Positions 59,430 to 64,000 of a stretch of 64,000 nt of DNA are shown one piece after another. Below the pieces are notes generated by a model. That model was not told the DNA's origin. It ran no database searches and was given only the letters and a program-made list of their open reading frames with translations. The position numbers and the translations under genes were made by a program. This DNA is from Balanoglossus misakiensis (taxonomy: Eukaryota; Animalia; Hemichordata), in NCBI GenBank assembly GCA_040954595.2, contig CM082595.2, positions 5,730,137 to 5,794,136 of the forward strand, written 5' to 3'. The first letter of the stretch is position 1; the number at the start of each line of letters is the position of its first letter.

Positions 59430-60919
59430 ATGTCGTCGCACACTGCCTGCTTCCAGACGGAAAAACCAAGACTGTCACCACTTCCCCAGCAAGCTGTCAA
59501 AGGCCACGGACCGGTGTCTGATTACGAAAAGTATGTCCACCTGCACGACTTTGTCATTCCCACTGCCCAGGATAAGGACAGCACTGACACGCAGCCGCAA
59601 CCGACACACAACATTCCCGTTCCGGCGGCGCACTTTCCCGGCGCTCCCAGCCACCTCGGCGACCCGGATCTCTGCCTCTCTCCCGAGCGACCGGAACGAC
59701 CGCCAAAAAAAGTCAGCGTGTCGCCCGAGAAGCCGCACACGCACAAGTTCAAGTCCGACGAGCCAGTGCATCAGAACAGCGACGCGAGACTCATCGAGGG
59801 AATCGAGATAGACGTCCGGCCGGTCATCAAGAAGACCATCGCAAAGCGGGACAGAAGCGGGAAGAGGGGCTCCAAGGAAAACGAAGAGCGAAACGCAATC
59901 AACAGAATTACCATGGCAACTGGAGAGCCCGAATCTCACCTGTCTCGACCCGTCTATCACTCTACAGTGATCCTCGGGCAGCAGTTGCAGGCCGTGAAAC
60001 AGAACAGATTTGATGCGGAAAACGCTGTTCTGAAAGTCCTGCAGACATCAGAGTCAACCCAGGCAACGCTGAATGAAAGAGTGTCAGAAACTGTCAACGT
60101 CCCAGTCGCTGAGAAAAAATACTCAGGTTTGTAAATGTCATCGTGCTAGCAGTTTGTCTCTAAACATAATCCCCCGAGAAGTCAAAGGTCAATTCATGCG
60201 TGGCTGGAATCGACACAGGCATTCTACAAGCAAATGATTCCATATAAATGACCAAATGAGAAATTGCTCAACTGACGTCCAAAGTGTAACGTAAATGTCA
60301 TGTCTTCTCTTCTTTGTCATCACAGGTCTGATAAGTGTTGATGTGCCTGTGGAAGAGACTGTGAACCATGTGATCGAGGAGAAGATGTCAAAGGTCAAAC
60401 CCAGGCCTGAAAAGAAAGCAAAGGTATGTACGCAGAGCGAATCAGTACAATCTTCCTACACAAATATGTAGTATGTACATGTCAATTTCCACAGTCACCA
60501 GAAATTCCACAATTGGCTGTTTCAGCCATTTCAGTCTAAACAAATTTGCATAAAAAGTTACCATAATATTTACGTGGATAGCAGAAATACCAGTGTTTAT
60601 TTCCTGTGGGTTAATTCAGCAAAAGTCTACAGATTGCATGAAACTGATACTGAAGTCAAACACAGAGGCCACAATCAATAGTGGTTGTACATACGACAGA
60701 ACAAAAGGCAAACCCAGCATGTCATTGCTTCTTCCCATACTACAGGAGCCTGAAATTCCAGGACCGGATATCATGGAGTTCTTCACTCCGGAACTACAGG
60801 AAGAGACGGCCCACCGGTATTCTTCTTCCTTGCCCGCAGTCGGAGTTTGTCCGGAACAGGCGCCGGACACCATGGCGTTTGATGTGTACAGACACATACA
60901 GTGGTGGGAACAACCCTAA
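59430..60919 (+). CDS. PPP1R35: Protein phosphatase 1 regulatory subunit 35-like centriolar protein
   Basis: Exons 59430-60126, 60326-60423, 60746-60919 in frame; C-terminal half (HSTVILGQQL...FDAENAV...VSETVNVP...YSGLISVDVPVEE...EEKM...EPEIPGPDI...FDVYRHIQWWE) parallels human PPP1R35 (FDAAKAV...VSEGLNVP...FRDLVSLQVPEEQ...EPPGPGPDM...FLMHRTLRRWE); Pro-rich low-complexity N-terminus. Confidence 0.85.
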
Positions 60920-63900
60920 TGTATAGATACATTGTACAACACTAATGTATAGGAACAACACTATGTATAGGACAAAATCACACTGAAGAAATCTCAACAG
61001 TTTTGAGGGTGGTAGAGGACAATGCATCATGGGAACATAAGATAGAATACCCCCACTAAAATGAATGACATGTAAATATTTATGGTTTTTGTCAAATCAA
61101 GGTCACTGCGAGTTTCTGAGGTGTACATTTGCCTTAATGAAAACATAGTCCAGAATATATAGACAATATTTTTTTTACTTTGTGTGGTGTGGGAATTCTT
61201 ACAATGAAACTTCAAAGGATTACTTCTACAATAATCTGTGAGATTCTAGCGCTTTTGTGATTTATTGTAGTCAAATTCTTTACAGAGATGGACAACATTA
61301 TGGTAGTTTTCATTATTTTCCCCAAAAAATGTTTTGTTTTTTGTAAGGCAGCCTAGTGATATTTGTCAAAATTGTGTCAACCATGAAGCATGTTGTCTAT
61401 ACTCAAGTTCACTCACTGCCAAATGTACTAATCACATCAATTGCAAGAACAAAACTCTCTCAGTAAGTGCGTAATTTATTTGTAATTCATAAAGACTTAT
61501 TGTACAATAATTATTTTTAAGTACAATAAAAATCATATGATAGTATTTTTGGTATGGTCAGTACTATGGTGTAATTTCACTGCGATTTGAAGTCTCTAAA
61601 AATGCATTTTACCAGGTCTTTCCCCTATTGTATGTTAGTATATTCAAATCTCTGCTCTGTAGAGGTAGATAAGTCACCAAATTCAGTGACGATTCACAAT
61701 TCTCTCAGGCGATCCATGCTATTAACCCCTTGACTTATAATTCCCCAACGGAATGCTGTCTTCACATTTGGTAAGCAACTATGCACGGGCGAATCTGGCC
61801 AGCAAATGTCAATATTGCATTTGTTGTCATTGGTGGCGCTGACAAAAGCATCAGCAAGAGATGGCCATTGGTGGCGCTGACACAAGACTCGGCAAGAGAA
61901 CGTGTCAGGACAGCACACGTGTACACATCCTGACAAGCAGATAAACCGCCACTCCACGCGCCGCTGGATATTTTAAGGTTGGTGAGTATATTTTTAATGT
62001 CAACTGGGGTGTTTGGAGGAGGATAAACCTAAACTTGAATTTTCTTCAATATAGTAAAATGCAGAGTTGGCTAATCAAGCATCGAACATGGCGTACGCGT
62101 GTTACTTCGCCAGCAAGTCGACGCGTCCGCGTCCGGCTGAGATGCATGGACCCAGCCACGATTAGCATGTCTCGTTGAGCTTCATTGTGCCAATAGCATG
62201 AATAGCCCAAAGTGGCTAGACGTCACCCACCTGTCAGTGAACCTGGAGTGGACGGGATTGGTGCATTCAGCTTGAGGTGCTGTGTAACCGCGACTGCCAG
62301 AACTTGTAGCCAATCAGACAGCTCGTTCAAATTACGTCACAGGATGTTCGCTGGGCACGTGGAAGCCTGACTATTTTAATGTATTCATGGCGTCTCTGTG
62401 TCCGTGGATGTTTCCGGTAGACGGTGGGAAACGCAACCTGTGTATCAAAACCCTTGGCAGCTTCTATTGAAAATTTGTGTCAGTTTTTTGACGTTTTGTG
62501 TGATGTCAAGGGGTCAAGGCAAGTGGCAAATTGTCCATGTAGCAATGCTGGGCAATGCTATGGAACTTGAAAAACTAAAACCTTCCCACGCTTTCATGCG
62601 ATCATGCTTTCTGTTGTGTACTACAGAAACAAATTGGTATTTGATTTTCACAGCTATATGTTTCAAAATACAAGAGTCGAGGGATAGCGCACTACTGGCG
62701 TTGAAAATTACAAGACTTTTTTAAAAATGTCAGCCCGCCACCAACGACGGTAGACCACGTTTTTCATGTTTATGGTGTGTGTTGAATGAATGAGCCTGTA
62801 CTTGCAGAAAGAATACAGAATGACGCCTACGCATTTCCATAAAGCTAGATCCCCCTCTGGTATTGGATTCGAAGTTATGAGTTCTTTGATGGATACATAT
62901 TGTTGTAGGCTCTAAGAGAAAAACGTATCTGCGCAGACAACGGACGTTTTCCCCGGTGGTCGCTCTATCTGTCACACAGCTCTCAATCTCATGAGAGATA
63001 ATGGGTTCACACAGAGCATTGAGCTTTATAGGTTTTGTGATATTGAAAACCTGCTTCATTGCTCTAGGATGGTGGAATGAGCGATTATATCTGTAGCACC
63101 TCCAGTCATTTTATTCTGATGACAACATATAGGCAAACATCTATTGTGAAATAAAATGATGAAAACCTATTGCCACAGAAGTTGACCCTGAATAATAGAA
63201 AATATACCCCAAACACACAAACAAACAAAAACAAACAATAACATGCAGTCTGACCTACATTTAGACGGTCTGCTCTCTAGACCATGGTTGGCGAGGAAAA
63301 TCCGCAATTGCATTTAATATCTACGTGAAAATGAACGTTTTGTGTGAATATCATTATGCTAAGCATATAAAACATCGCATTGTCAATGTCAAAGTTTATC
63401 CTTGTTGATTTAAGGGGAAAAGCCGATTTGTTGTTCAATGTTGAATCCTTAAAATTTCCGCAAATGTTCATGTTGTGTTTTATTTACCCAGTCGCGTTTC
63501 TCTTCCGCTCTTTCTTGTGTTGTTGCAAAGGTCAACGCCCTTCCCGATGAATAAATTAGCTGAGGCATTATGGTAATAAGTAAAATTGCATATCGGATGG
63601 GATAAAAAAGTATGGTTCATATTCGACTGAGAGAGGGGAAATGTGCCACTATTTGACAGATCTATCAAGTGGAATAATGTTACGGACGTAATTATAGTCT
63701 TAACTGCAAAAAAGCCTTTTCCACTGTTCTGAAAACTAATTTACGATAATTACAAGTGTAGGCTAACATCAGAACGACCCGCCTAGGCGTCGTCTGCTGA
63801 AGGCAAGATATAACAGGACTACATGGCGCAGTAAATTAAGTCGACTAAGAGCATCGAGGATAATTATTTTATAGTATTTCTACAAAGTGCAGGAAACGTT

Positions 63901-64000
63901 TTCCAGAATCTGTCAGATAGCCGAGGTGTATTTGCGTCAGAGAGTATATCTCAGAGTGAACCGGAGATATTTCAATGTCGAGCATGGCGGAGATTGACGA

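Noticed and set aside
59475-59960. Antisense and alternate-frame ORFs over PPP1R35 exon 1
   Set aside because: Expected by-products of a GC-rich coding exon.

Overview
Eukaryotic, AT-rich animal genomic DNA, most consistent with a marine invertebrate bilaterian (taxon not determinable by eye); it is not prokaryotic and almost all short ORFs in the six-frame track are noise. Manual splicing gives seven protein-coding genes. FBXO42 (-; only the first two coding exons, with a 17.4 kb intron and a >12 kb intron filling the left half) lies head-to-head with CPLANE2/RSG1 (+; 5 coding exons, last intron a U12-type AT-AC intron). An unnamed 7-exon, 230-aa gene (-) has a PAC2/Pba-like pattern and a C-terminal HbYX motif (...MIYM*). 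Then come ALDH4A1 (+; 14 coding exons), B3GALT6 (-), UBE2J2 (+) and PPP1R35 (+). Five of these (FBXO42, CPLANE2, ALDH4A1, B3GALT6, UBE2J2) have human orthologues on 1p36. Introns contain several MITE families (TTAA- and TA-flanked) and a 3.4 kb TIR element carrying a ~540 bp palindrome. The best leads are the putative extra proteasome-chaperone/activator-like gene and the palindromic promoter/exon cassette that could splice in frame onto B3GALT6. Gene identities rest on recalled human protein sequences; no database searches were run.
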